From: Terriglobia bacterium
GTDB taxonomy: Bacteria > Acidobacteriota > Terriglobia > Bryobacterales > Bryobacteraceae
DNA: 37,918 bases
Assembly (NCBI GenBank): GCA_043733425.1
Contig: JAYTGM010000131.1
Span: 1-37,918 of the forward strand
Direction of reading: 5' to 3'
Shown here: positions 15,942 through 25,060 of the stretch, in pieces
How the letters are laid out: each line of letters starts with the position of its first letter
Position numbering within the stretch: position 1 is the first letter of the stretch
Notes under the pieces: model-generated
Databases searched by the model: none
What the model was told of the DNA's origin: nothing
What the model saw: only the letters and a program-made list of their open reading frames with translations
Program-made: the position numbers and the translations under genes

Positions 15942-18367
15942 TGTTGGCCTTTCGCTTCTGTGATGTAAGTCTTCCCGTCCCGCTCGATCAGCATTTCACA
16001 TATTCATTGCCGGTGACGCTGCAACATCGCGTGCAGGTTGGGTGCCGTCTGCTGGTTCCTTTCGGCACGCGCAAGCTGACCGGCCTGATTCTAGCCTGTC
16101 ACAACGATGCTCCGGCTGTTGCCGCGCGCGATGCACTTCGCTTGATTGATTCGGAACCGGTACTGGGTTCTGAACTATTGGCGCTGGCACGCTGGATCTC
16201 TGGATATTATTGTTCGCCTCTGGGCGAAGTGCTGCGTTCGATGCTGCCGCTAGCTTCTGAGATTCGGTCCGGCAGGACTTACACATTAACCGATGGGGGG
16301 CGCGATGCCGCGCGGCAGTTGCTGTTCGCCTCCGCCGCGGAAGATCAAACGGTGCAGATTCTGGGTGCACTGGAGCACCGTTCGCTTTCGGCGGCTTATT
16401 TGAAGAAGAAGTTCCCGCTTGCGGATAAGGCGCTGAAATCTCTTGAGAAGCGCGGGTTTGTGGTCTCGGAGCAGACACAATCGGAACGCGACCCCATGCG
16501 GGCACCTTCAGCAATGCTTTCGGTCTCCGGTTTAGAAGGCGCACGCCCTGAGACTGCAATCAAGCTGCCTAAAGCGGAGCGGGAACTGCTGGCGTTTCTG
16601 GAGCTTCACCCTGGCGCGCACAACCTGGCGGAAGTGGAAACTCAAGTAAAGAATGCAAGTACCGCGGCGCGTTCTCTGGCGCGGCGCAAGCTAGTGCTGT
16701 TGATTGAAAAGGCACCCAGTGCTCCGCAGGAAGCGTCACTGACGCCACATGAGTTGAATGCAACCCAACGTGCCGCGTTTGAGGAGATAGAAATTGGCCT
16801 TGAAACCGCAAAATTTCAGACCTTTCTGTTGCACGGCGTCACCGGTTCGGGCAAAACCGAGGTTTACCTGAAAGCCATTGAAGCTACGCTCGCACTGGGG
16901 CGAAGCGCTTTGTTGATGGTGCCTGAAATCGCATTAACTCCTGCTATGGCGGGACAGTTTTTCGCGCGCTTCGGAGACCGGGTAGCTATTCTGCATAGTG
17001 CCTTTAGCGATTCGGAACGCACCGGCCAATGGCGCAAGATTCGGTCAGGGGTGGCGGGGGTGGTTGTGGGAACAAGGTCCTGCGTGTTCGCCCCAGTCAA
17101 AAATTTGGGCCTGATTGTAGTGGATGAGGAGCACGATCAGAGCTACAAGCAGGAGGAAAATCCGCGGTACCACGGGCGGGATGTGGCCATGGTGCGTGCG
17201 CAGCATGCGGGTGCCTGCGTGGTGCTGGGCTCCGCGACGCCTAGTATGGAAAGCCGCTATAACGCCCAGCAGGGAAAATACAAGCTGCTTGAATTGCCGA
17301 ACCGCGTGGCGGAGCGGCCGTTGCCGCGTGTGGACCTGATCGATATGCGCCAGGAGTTTCTGGAGACGCGCAAGCACGCCACATTTTCCCGTGCGCTGCT
17401 GGAGCAACTGCAAGCCCGCCTGGAAAGCGGTGAACAGGCAATTGTTCTGCTGAACCGCCGCGGCTTCTCAAGCGCCGTCGCATGCAGGGCTTGCGGCGAG
17501 CGGATTCAATGCGTGAATTGCGCGGTGACGCTGACATGGCATCGCCGCGACCGGCGCCTGCTTTGCCACTACTGCAATTACGCGGAGAAGGTTCCGGAAA
17601 CTTGCCCCAAGTGCGAGAGCGAGCATATTCACTTTCTGGGGCTGGGTTCGGAGAAGGTGGAAGAAGAGCTGCACCAACAGTTTCCGGCGGCGCGAATTGC
17701 GCGGCTGGATCGCGATACGGTAGGCGGCAAGCACCACTACGAAACCATTCTGCAGGGCTTTCGGGAGAAGGACTTCGACATTTTGGTTGGTACCCAGATG
17801 ATTGCGAAGGGCCACGATATTCCGAACGTCACGCTGGTAGGTGTAGTTTCGGCGGATACCGGGTTGGGTTTGCCGGATTTTCGAGCGGCGGAGCGAACGT
17901 TTCAGCTCATCACACAGGTGGCGGGCCGGGCAGGGCGAGGCACGCTGCCGGGAATGGTGCTGGTGCAGACCGTGAATCCTGACCACTACGCGGTGAGGTT
18001 AGCGGCGTTGCAGGACTACGCGGCTTTCTATGAGAAGGAGCTTCAATTTCGCCGCTCCATGCATTACCCACCGTTTACCGCGATGGCGAACATGTTGGTC
18101 CGCGCAGAAAAACAGGAGGATGCACTGCGAATGAGCGCGGAGCTGGGTTCGCACCTGGGCCCGGCACCGGAGAAAATTCGCATCATGGGGCCGGCGGAAG
18201 CGCCGGTGCCGCGGTTGAAGGCAGAGTATCGCTACCAATTTCTGGTGAAATCTGGCAGCCGCAAACTGTTGAATGAGCTTTTGCGGCGCGCGCAGTTGTT
18301 CGCCAGGGCTCAGAAATGGGGTGCCACGGCACTGGTGATCGACGTCGATCCAATTACGCTGTTGTAA
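15941..18367 (+). CDS. priA: Primosomal replication protein N' (PriA helicase)
   Basis: The N-terminal LPVPLDQHFTY, Walker A GVTGSGKTEVY, DEEHD and the Cys-rich zinc motif CRACGERIQCVNCAVTLTWHRRDRRLLCHYCNY...CPKCES match PriA. Only TTG starts (15941 or 15944) are available. Confidence 0.93.
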   Translation: MLAFRFCDVSLPVPLDQHFTYSLPVTLQHRVQVGCRLLVPFGTRKLTGLILACHNDAPAVAARDALRLIDSEPVLGSELLALARWISGYYCSPLGEVLRSMLPLASEIRSGRTYTLTDGGRDAARQLLFASAAEDQTVQILGALEHRSLSAAYLKKKFPLADKALKSLEKRGFVVSEQTQSERDPMRAPSAMLSVSGLEGARPETAIKLPKAERELLAFLELHPGAHNLAEVETQVKNASTAARSLARRKLVLLIEKAPSAPQEASLTPHELNATQRAAFEEIEIGLETAKFQTFLLHGVTGSGKTEVYLKAIEATLALGRSALLMVPEIALTPAMAGQFFARFGDRVAILHSAFSDSERTGQWRKIRSGVAGVVVGTRSCVFAPVKNLGLIVVDEEHDQSYKQEENPRYHGRDVAMVRAQHAGACVVLGSATPSMESRYNAQQGKYKLLELPNRVAERPLPRVDLIDMRQEFLETRKHATFSRALLEQLQARLESGEQAIVLLNRRGFSSAVACRACGERIQCVNCAVTLTWHRRDRRLLCHYCNYAEKVPETCPKCESEHIHFLGLGSEKVEEELHQQFPAARIARLDRDTVGGKHHYETILQGFREKDFDILVGTQMIAKGHDIPNVTLVGVVSADTGLGLPDFRAAERTFQLITQVAGRAGRGTLPGMVLVQTVNPDHYAVRLAALQDYAAFYEKELQFRRSMHYPPFTAMANMLVRAEKQEDALRMSAELGSHLGPAPEKIRIMGPAEAPVPRLKAEYRYQFLVKSGSRKLLNELLRRAQLFARAQKWGATALVIDVDPITLL

Positions 18368-18373
18368 TTATTG

Positions 18374-19801
18374 CTAGTAAGCCAGTGCGCAACCCGCCAT
18401 CGTCTCCAGGATTTTCACCTTCGCCGAAAGAGTTGTGCGCTTCAAACAAAGCATATCCGCCGCAAGCTTTTTATTCCCGCCTGTACGGCGCAGGGCTTGC
18501 GAAAGAATGTTGCGTTCGAATTGCGAAACCGTCTTTTCGAAATCGAGACCGTGATCTGGCAGTGCAAGATTTTCTGACGGGGCCATGCAGGGCGCGGTTT
18601 GTAGGTCCGCGGCAAGGGGGAAGCGAAAATCTGCCGCGGTCAACGTAATGCGGCCGCCGCTCATCACGACAGCCATTTCGATTGCGTTTTCCAGTTGCCG
18701 CACATTGCCTGGCCAACTATAAGTCGCCAGCTTGGGGAGAGCGGTGGCGGAGAGCGTCTTATTAGGCATGCATTCATCGCGGCAAATTTTGCCGACGAAG
18801 TGTTGCGCCAGGGCGGCAATATCTTCCGGCCTTTCGCGCAAAGCGGGCATGCGCAATGGAACCACATTCAGACGGTAATACAGATCTTCGCGAAAGAGAC
18901 CTTGCTGGACCCGCTCCAGCAGGTTCAGGTTTGAGGCGGCAACAATCCGCACGTCCACCTTAATTGTTTCCGAACTGCCCAGGCGTTGGAACTCACGTTC
19001 CTGAATAACGCGCAGCAGCTTGCCTTGTAAATCGAGCGGCATATCTCCTATTTCGTCCAGAAACAGAGTGCTCTTGTGTGCTTGTTCAAAGCGGCCCACG
19101 CGCATCTGTTGCGCTCCCGTGAACGCACCCCGGACGTAGCCGAACAGTTCCGCTTCCAGCAAACTATGGGGAATAGCCGAGCAGTTCACGGCAACCATGG
19201 GGAGCGCGGAGCGGGGACTGGCCTGATGCAGGGCGCGGGCAATGACTTCCTTACCGGTACCGGTCTCGCCGGAAATAAGTACCGTGGAACGGCGGCTGGC
19301 CACCAGCCGGACCACTTCGCAAATCTGCAGCATGGCATCACTTTCACCCACAATGGCCGCTTGCCAGGCAGGCTTGTTTTCCCGGGTCTGCATGCGCTTC
19401 CGCCGCAGGGACGCGGCATCTTCCAGCGCAATCTGCAACTCGGCCACCATGGTACCGGTCTGGGTGTGTCCATCGAAAACGCGGGTAAGGCCCAACTGGG
19501 CTAAAGGCAGCGCTTCAGCTAACGTGGAGTACCGGTTGCGGACCAGTATGGGAATTGTTTCGTTTTCCCGGCGCAACAGTTCCAGGCATTCCAGGGCTGA
19601 ATCGCTTTCTGAGAAGTTAGCAAAGACCACGGAATCACGGCAGAGCCGGCTGAGCCGGGCAAGATCATCGGGCGTAGTGGCGACAGAGACAACATCCGTT
19701 GGAAGGCTCGCCAGGAGATTTAGTTCGGCGGAATCGGGTATTGCGGAGGGCAGCCAGATAATTTTTTCGGTATTCGACATTGCGGCGCTTGAACATACCA
19801 T
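18374..19801 (-). CDS. Sigma-54-dependent Fis-family transcriptional activator (FleQ/FlrA-like flagellar regulator)
   Basis: The AAA+ core has [14 protein letters not shown] and the ESELFGH-like [16 protein letters not shown]-terminal Fis-type HTH is present. The N-terminal receiver-like domain lacks the phospho-acceptor Asp context (VVFANFSE). An alternative ATG lies at 19780. Confidence 0.88.
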   Translation of the reverse strand: MVCSSAAMSNTEKIIWLPSAIPDSAELNLLASLPTDVVSVATTPDDLARLSRLCRDSVVFANFSESDSALECLELLRRENETIPILVRNRYSTLAEALPLAQLGLTRVFDGHTQTGTMVAELQIALEDAASLRRKRMQTRENKPAWQAAIVGESDAMLQICEVVRLVASRRSTVLISGETGTGKEVIARALHQASPRSALPMVAVNCSAIPHSLLEAELFGYVRGAFTGAQQMRVGRFEQAHKSTLFLDEIGDMPLDLQGKLLRVIQEREFQRLGSSETIKVDVRIVAASNLNLLERVQQGLFREDLYYRLNVVPLRMPALRERPEDIAALAQHFVGKICRDECMPNKTLSATALPKLATYSWPGNVRQLENAIEMAVVMSGGRITLTAADFRFPLAADLQTAPCMAPSENLALPDHGLDFEKTVSQFERNILSQALRRTGGNKKLAADMLCLKRTTLSAKVKILETMAGCALAY

Positions 19802-19928
19802 CGGTCAAAGTTGTGGAAACTTTAGAATTTATTTCTCGCTTATTTGAGATTGAGTTTACGGGCCGCAACAATGGGACGTTCTTTTCGCTGAGAATGTTAA
19901 GGCTGTTCGGCAACCACTGTATTTCACA

Positions 19929-20726
19929 ATGCCGCCACAAACGCTTCAGCCAGTTGACTACCCATACAACCCGTTTCCGCATGTTCTGGAACAACAGGAT
20001 ACCCAGCAGAATGCGCACAACCTGGTGCTGCAAAACCTTCCGCTTGTGCGGCTGATTGCGTGGCAGATTTATGGAAACCTGCCGTTGCATGCGGCGGTGG
20101 AAATGGGAGACGTGGTGCAAGCGGGCCATGTGGGGCTGGTGGATGCCAGCCGTTCTTACCATTCGGGGCTGAACGTGCCATTTGCCAGTTATGCGCGTCA
20201 CCGCATCCGGGGCGAAATTCTGGACAGCCTGCGCCGGCTGGATTCGGCTTCGCGAGGTCTGCGGCGGTGGCAGCGACGTCTGGACGTGGAAACGCGCAGC
20301 CTGACTCTTACCCTGAGCCGCGAACCCTCTGAAGAGGAGGTAAGCAACCGTTTGGGCGTGGAGATTGATCAATTTCGAAAGCGGAGGCTTAGCCTTTGGT
20401 ATACGGCGTCCTGCGCCGTGCCCGCTGGCCGCTCTGGCGAACCGGAGGATTGCGGGCATGCTATTCCGGCTGCAGTGGAAGGCGGCCCGGACCGTTTGCA
20501 CCAGAAGCAGCAATTACGCCAGTTTCTGTCACGCGCTGTGGCGGTGCTGCCGCCGCGATCCCGTAAAGTGGTGCTCCTTTATTACCTTCGAAGCCTGACC
20601 ATGAAACAGATTGGGGCGCTGTTAAACGTGAATGAAAGCAGGATCTCTCAGATTCATAAGCATGCGCTGCAAACCATGGCGCGGGGCCTGAAAGCGGCGG
20701 GCGTGAAGAATTTTCAGGACATCTGA
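19929..20726 (+). CDS. fliA: Flagellar sigma factor FliA (sigma-28)
   Basis: Region 2 is DVVQAGHVGLVDASRSYHSGLNVPFASYARHRIRGEILDSLRR. Region 4 is LTMKQIGALLNVNESRISQIHKHAL. It is followed directly by flgM. Confidence 0.9.
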   Translation: MPPQTLQPVDYPYNPFPHVLEQQDTQQNAHNLVLQNLPLVRLIAWQIYGNLPLHAAVEMGDVVQAGHVGLVDASRSYHSGLNVPFASYARHRIRGEILDSLRRLDSASRGLRRWQRRLDVETRSLTLTLSREPSEEEVSNRLGVEIDQFRKRRLSLWYTASCAVPAGRSGEPEDCGHAIPAAVEGGPDRLHQKQQLRQFLSRAVAVLPPRSRKVVLLYYLRSLTMKQIGALLNVNESRISQIHKHALQTMARGLKAAGVKNFQDI

Positions 20727-20734
20727 TATTTGGT

Positions 20735-20761
20735 TAAATTTTTCGCCAGTCGGGCCGATAT
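20735..20761 (+). promoter_or_regulatory. Sigma-28 promoter upstream of flgM
   Basis: TAAA (20735-20738), a 15-nt spacer, then GCCGATAT (20754-20761) gives 7 of 8 matches in the -10 element. An AGGGGAG Shine-Dalgarno and the flgM ATG at 20783 follow. Confidence 0.7.
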
Positions 20762-20782
20762 GAACCTTGTAGGGGAGCGCAC

Positions 20783-21079
20783 ATGAGAATCGATGACCGG
20801 AATGCAGTAGCTGGTGGTGCCGCCAGCCGATCCGCGGACGTTGAATCGTCGCAAGCGGTGGCAGGCGGGAAAGGTTCCGCCGGTTACCAGTCACGCCTGG
20901 GCACAGATTCGGTGGAGTTGTCCGGTTCATCCCGGCTGGTACGGAATTCTGATACAGCCCGTTCGGCCCGAATTGAACAATTAGCAAAGCTAGTGCAAGC
21001 CGGCTCTTATTCAGTGAACCCCGCGCTTATCGGCCGGGCCCTTCTGAAAGAGACGCTGGCGACAGCCCAGCCCGAATGA
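20783..21079 (+). CDS. flgM: Anti-sigma-28 factor FlgM
   Basis: The 98-aa product is disordered and Ser/Ala-rich at the N-terminus. The C-terminal ARIEQLAKLVQAGSYSVNPALIGRALL matches the FlgM sigma-binding helices. Confidence 0.8.
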   Translation: MRIDDRNAVAGGAASRSADVESSQAVAGGKGSAGYQSRLGTDSVELSGSSRLVRNSDTARSARIEQLAKLVQAGSYSVNPALIGRALLKETLATAQPE

Positions 21080-21405
21080 GCATAACTTCTAATTCCACCC
21101 AAATTCTGAACGCCGCCGACGGCAGTCTAAGGGCGGCGGCTCAATCGTTAGTCAGCGCTGAACCGGATGAATTAGAGCAAGCACAGCGCTTGCTGGAAAA
21201 GCTGGCCTGTACTTTAAGCGGTATTGAAGCTCAAGCCCGGCGCGAGCCCGCCACCATTTCAAAAAGCGCCCTGCGCCGCTTGCGGGCAACACTCACACAG
21301 GCGGGAACGTTGAATAGAATGGCGCTGGACAGCATCAATCGGCAGTTATCCCGCGCTGGCCTTGAATCAGCTGATTCAGGGTTCACGGTTGAGGTGCAGG
21401 GTTAG
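21076..21405 (+). CDS. Hypothetical helical protein at the flgN position (possible FlgK/FlgL chaperone)
   Basis: It has an ATGA overlap with flgM and ends 2 nt before flgK. The assignment is positional only. Confidence 0.45.
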   Translation: MSITSNSTQILNAADGSLRAAAQSLVSAEPDELEQAQRLLEKLACTLSGIEAQARREPATISKSALRRLRATLTQAGTLNRMALDSINRQLSRAGLESADSGFTVEVQG

Positions 21406-21407
21406 CA

Positions 21408-22844
21408 ATGTCAGGAATATTCGGCGCTCTGACCGCCTCATCGCAATCGCTTGGCGCTTTTCAGCGGGCAATCGAAATTTCACAAAACAACGTGAACAAT
21501 GCTTCGACGCCCGGATATGCGGCACAAATCGCAGACTTCACGGCTCTGTCGTTCAACGCACAATCGGGTCTTACCGGGGGCGTTACGGCACAGGGCGTTA
21601 GCACGCGCGACTCGTATCTGGATCAATCTGTGCGGAATCAATCCACCAATCTTGGTTCCGCACAGCAACTCACAGAGAGCCTGAGTGCCATTGAATCCTC
21701 ATTCGATGTGTCAGGTGCTTCCGGAGTTCCGGGTGCGTTGACCAAGCTATTCAACAGCTTCTCCGCTTTAAGTGTGGCTCCGGGGAGCAGCTCGTCGCGG
21801 CAATCCGTTCTGTCCGCGGCGCAGGAAGCGGCTTCGGCATTTCAACAGACAGCCTCCGTTTTGTCACAGGCGTCGGCAAAGACCGACGGTCAGATCCGGG
21901 CGCAGATTAACCAGATTTCAGCGTTGGCTACTGAAATTCAGGGTTACAACCAAGCGCGTGGAGAAAGTGGAATTGAAGACGCGGGCCGGGACGCAAGATT
22001 GAGCAGCGCTCTTGAAAAGCTTTCCTCGCTTGCGAATATCACAACCCGTACTGGAGCGGACGGCGGCACGGACGTTCTGCTGGATGGCCAAATTCCCCTG
22101 GTGCTGGGTACTCGGCAGTTCTCGTTCGGGGTCGCCACGGCTCCCGCACCCGCCAGTCCGCCGGCAAATCCCGCAGGCTTGCCTTCTCTTCAGATTGTGG
22201 ATAGCGGCGGGAACGATATCACCAGTCACTTTGCAGGTGGGACTGTTTCGGGTCTTTTGCAGTTTCGCAACGGAACGCTGGCCGGGCTGCAGGGGGACCG
22301 AAACCAAGCGGGGTCACTGAACACGCTCGCTAAGAGTTTTGCGGACCGGGTAAATAGCTTGTTAACTGCGGGAAACATTTCAGACGGGCCACCGGCGCAA
22401 CCCGGAGTTCCGCTTTTCACGTATGACGCCACCGACATTACCAAAACTGCCGCGTCGCTTGGGTTGGTGAGTGGGATTACCGCCGCACAGATTGCCACAA
22501 TCAGCCCCGGGCCGCCTTTCGTGAGCAATGGAACAGCTCTTGCGCTGGCAAACTTGGCGCATGGGAACGGGGCCGCCGATCAAGTGAACGGCTTCAGCTA
22601 TACCCAATATTTCGGCGAAATCGCCGGCGGCTTGGGGCGCATTCTGGCGTCACAGAAAGATTCGGCGGATTTGTACCAACAAGCTTCCTCGCAAGCGCAA
22701 TCTCTGCGGTCGCAACTCTCTGGCGTATCGCTCGATGCGGAAGCGGTGCGGCTGTTGCAGTATCAAAAAGCGTACAGCGCATCCGCAAAGTTGATTACCG
22801 TGCTCGATCAGATTATGCAGACCACCCTGGACATGTTGAAGTAA
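21408..22844 (+). CDS. flgK: Flagellar hook-associated protein 1 FlgK
   Basis: The N-terminal MSGIFGALTASSQSLGAFQRAIEISQNNVNNASTPGY and the C-terminal VSLDAEAVRLLQYQKAYSASAKLITVLDQI match FlgK. Confidence 0.9.
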   Translation: MSGIFGALTASSQSLGAFQRAIEISQNNVNNASTPGYAAQIADFTALSFNAQSGLTGGVTAQGVSTRDSYLDQSVRNQSTNLGSAQQLTESLSAIESSFDVSGASGVPGALTKLFNSFSALSVAPGSSSSRQSVLSAAQEAASAFQQTASVLSQASAKTDGQIRAQINQISALATEIQGYNQARGESGIEDAGRDARLSSALEKLSSLANITTRTGADGGTDVLLDGQIPLVLGTRQFSFGVATAPAPASPPANPAGLPSLQIVDSGGNDITSHFAGGTVSGLLQFRNGTLAGLQGDRNQAGSLNTLAKSFADRVNSLLTAGNISDGPPAQPGVPLFTYDATDITKTAASLGLVSGITAAQIATISPGPPFVSNGTALALANLAHGNGAADQVNGFSYTQYFGEIAGGLGRILASQKDSADLYQQASSQAQSLRSQLSGVSLDAEAVRLLQYQKAYSASAKLITVLDQIMQTTLDMLK

Positions 22845-22862
22845 TTCGTTTTAAAAAAACCT

Positions 22863-23780
22863 ATGCTTTCAAATTTGGACCCCTCCTCCCAACGATTTAT
22901 CGCGGATTTAAATCGTATCCAACTCAGGACCGCCACGGCTCAGAGCCAGATTTCGTCAGGACTGAAGGTCCAGTCCGCCAGCGATGCGCCAGATCAGATT
23001 GGGACGCTGCTTCAATTGGAATCAGAACGCTCAATAAATAAGCAGGCACTCTCAAATTTGAACAGAATTCAAACTCAAGTCAATGGGGCCGACAACGCGC
23101 TCACCACGGCGGTGCAGTTGCTGGACAAGATTACGCAAGTTGTTGGGCAGGGGCTTAGCTCGCAAACAGTTCAGGACCGGGTCGGAGCCGCGCAGCAAGT
23201 TCTTGGCTTGCAAGAACAATTGGTTTCGCTTACGTCTACTACGGTGGAGGGGCGGTACATTTTCGATGGCGGCGATGGTTCGGGTCCGCCCTATCAATTA
23301 AATGCAGCGGCCGTGAATGGAGCAACGCGTTTGAGTGGCACTCCGGCCACCCGCCAGATTCAGGATTCCGCCGGCAACTCATTTCAGTTTGCCCGTTCGG
23401 CGCAGGACATCTTCGATCAGCGAGACTCCGCGGATGTTCCTACCGCAAACAATATCTTCGCGGCCATTAGCGGTGCGCGCGCCGCACTGCTTGCGAACAA
23501 TGGAGCAGCTATTGCGACATCGATCGACGTGCTGCACGGAGCGTCAGAATATTTGGGAGGGCAGCAAACCTTCTATGGAAATGTGCAAGACCGGCTAGCG
23601 AGTGAGCTTTCCAGATCTGAAACGCTCGACGTAACTTTCCAGGCTCAAATTGGCGCGATACGCGACGCTGACCTGACGGAAGCCTCGCTCGAGCTGAACC
23701 GCGGCAATATTGAGCAGCAGGCGTCGCTGGCCGCAAAAGCGAAATCGCAGGTGAGATCGCTCTTCGATTACCTGGCCTAA
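22863..23780 (+). CDS. flgL: Flagellar hook-associated protein 3 FlgL
   Basis: Flagellin-like termini are present (RIQLRTATAQSQISSGLKVQSASD and IRDADLTEASLELNRGNIEQQASLAA). It follows flgK. Confidence 0.85.
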   Translation: MLSNLDPSSQRFIADLNRIQLRTATAQSQISSGLKVQSASDAPDQIGTLLQLESERSINKQALSNLNRIQTQVNGADNALTTAVQLLDKITQVVGQGLSSQTVQDRVGAAQQVLGLQEQLVSLTSTTVEGRYIFDGGDGSGPPYQLNAAAVNGATRLSGTPATRQIQDSAGNSFQFARSAQDIFDQRDSADVPTANNIFAAISGARAALLANNGAAIATSIDVLHGASEYLGGQQTFYGNVQDRLASELSRSETLDVTFQAQIGAIRDADLTEASLELNRGNIEQQASLAAKAKSQVRSLFDYLA

Positions 23781-23783
23781 TAC

Positions 23784-24752
23784 ATGAAGCCACAACTTTC
23801 ACAACGCGAAATTGATTCGGTTTTTAAGAGCCTCCAGGGCGAGAAGGGCGATGAGCAGCTAGCTCAGAAAGCCGAACTCTTCGACTTCCGCCGTCTGGAC
23901 CGAATTGCCAAATCGCAACTCCGTGCCATCCACCTGCTGCACGACAATTTTGTGCGCAATCTGGTATCCAGCCTTTCTGCCTATCTGCGGACTTACCTGA
24001 TAGTAAATCTGGTGAGCGTTGAGCAACTCTCCTACGCTGAATTTCTGGAGTGCCTGCCTTCACCCACCTGTATCGCCTCGCTTGGGCTTAAGCCATATGA
24101 CGGGAACGCGGTTCTGGAGCTGAACTCGTCTTTAATTTTCCCAATTTTAGAAATACTGCTGGGGGGAAACGGCAAAGCGTCCACCAGTATTCAGCGCGAA
24201 ATCACGGAAATTGAACAGAATCTGCTTGATGGTTTGTTCCGAATTATTTTGCGCGATCTGAAAGAGGCCTGGAAAGGAGTGACGACCATCGATTTCAGTG
24301 TCGAATCGCTCGAAACCGAGCCGCAGTTCTTGCAAATCCTGGCACCCACTGAAGCTGTTGTCGCAATTGCGATCGAGATCCGGATTGGGGAAACCATCGG
24401 TATGATGAACATCGCCATTCCGTCCATAATCATAAAAATGATGCGCCAGAAGTTCGATCAGCAGTGGACGGTGCGCAAGACGGAATCCACCAGCAACGAA
24501 CAAATAAGAATACTGGATCTGATCAGGCCGGCAAGAGTGAGTGCGGAGATTGTTCTGGAAGGGCCAACTTTACTGTTAGAGGACATGGTGAAGCTGGAAG
24601 AGGGCGACGTGCTGACATTCGATTACGCGGTAGACAAGCCTCTTGGTCTACTTATCAACGGCAAACGCAAATTCAACGGACAGATTGCAACCATAGGCCC
24701 CAAGCTAGGTTTTTCAGTAGAAGAAGCTTTTGGCATGCATTCCGCCGTCTAG
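23784..24752 (+). CDS. fliM: Flagellar motor switch protein FliM
   Basis: The N-terminal CheY-P-binding motif LSQREIDSVF, the middle-domain LLGG motif (ILLGGNG) and a C-terminal SpoA-like domain (GDVLTFDY...INGKRKFNGQI) match FliM. Confidence 0.9.
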   Translation: MKPQLSQREIDSVFKSLQGEKGDEQLAQKAELFDFRRLDRIAKSQLRAIHLLHDNFVRNLVSSLSAYLRTYLIVNLVSVEQLSYAEFLECLPSPTCIASLGLKPYDGNAVLELNSSLIFPILEILLGGNGKASTSIQREITEIEQNLLDGLFRIILRDLKEAWKGVTTIDFSVESLETEPQFLQILAPTEAVVAIAIEIRIGETIGMMNIAIPSIIIKMMRQKFDQQWTVRKTESTSNEQIRILDLIRPARVSAEIVLEGPTLLLEDMVKLEEGDVLTFDYAVDKPLGLLINGKRKFNGQIATIGPKLGFSVEEAFGMHSAV

Positions 24753-24764
24753 CTGGAATCAGTG

Positions 24765-25010
24765 TTAAGCACCCGGAACAAGCCCGTGAACCGCCCTCTC
24801 CGGATTTTCACGCGCCAAGTGGCGCAGCAGGTAAGCACATGCGGAACGGGTGACGCGGTCGCCCGGCCGTTCCGTAACGCCGTTCATGGCGCACTCGATT
24901 GCTTCATTTCGCTCTTCCTCGAATGTATTCTGGCCGGCCGGCGCAGTCGCTCTTCTGTTCATGGAGTACTTATCGGAGAACTCGGCGCAAATTTGAATCT
25001 TTTTTCTCAT
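24765..25010 (-). CDS. Hypothetical 81-aa protein antisense to the flagellar genes (uncertain)
   Basis: The ORF has an ATG start and a protein-like composition (G at codon position 1 about 38 percent, GC3 about 63 percent). It competes with an Arg/Cys-rich + strand ORF (24762..25064) that shares the same codon boundaries. I see no clear SD and no recognisable family. Confidence 0.3.
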   Translation of the reverse strand: MRKKIQICAEFSDKYSMNRRATAPAGQNTFEEERNEAIECAMNGVTERPGDRVTRSACAYLLRHLARENPERAVHGLVPGA

Positions 25011-25037
25011 AAAGTTTTGCGGGCCGCCAGACGATCA
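25010..25037 (+). promoter_or_regulatory. Candidate sigma-28-like promoter for motAB
   Basis: TAAA (25010-25013), a 16-nt spacer, then GACGATCA (25030-25037) gives 6 of 8 matches to GCCGATAA. It ends 23 nt before the motA ATG. The match is weaker than the other two promoters. Confidence 0.3.
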
Positions 25038-25060
25038 ACGTTTTGTAAGCGAGAACTCAC

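Noticed and set aside
24970-24977. TCCGATAA on the - strand, resembling a sigma-28 -10 element
   Set aside because: No TAAA lies at the correct 15-nt spacing (only CAAA at N14). It sits inside the candidate 81-aa ORF and points at nothing flagellar.
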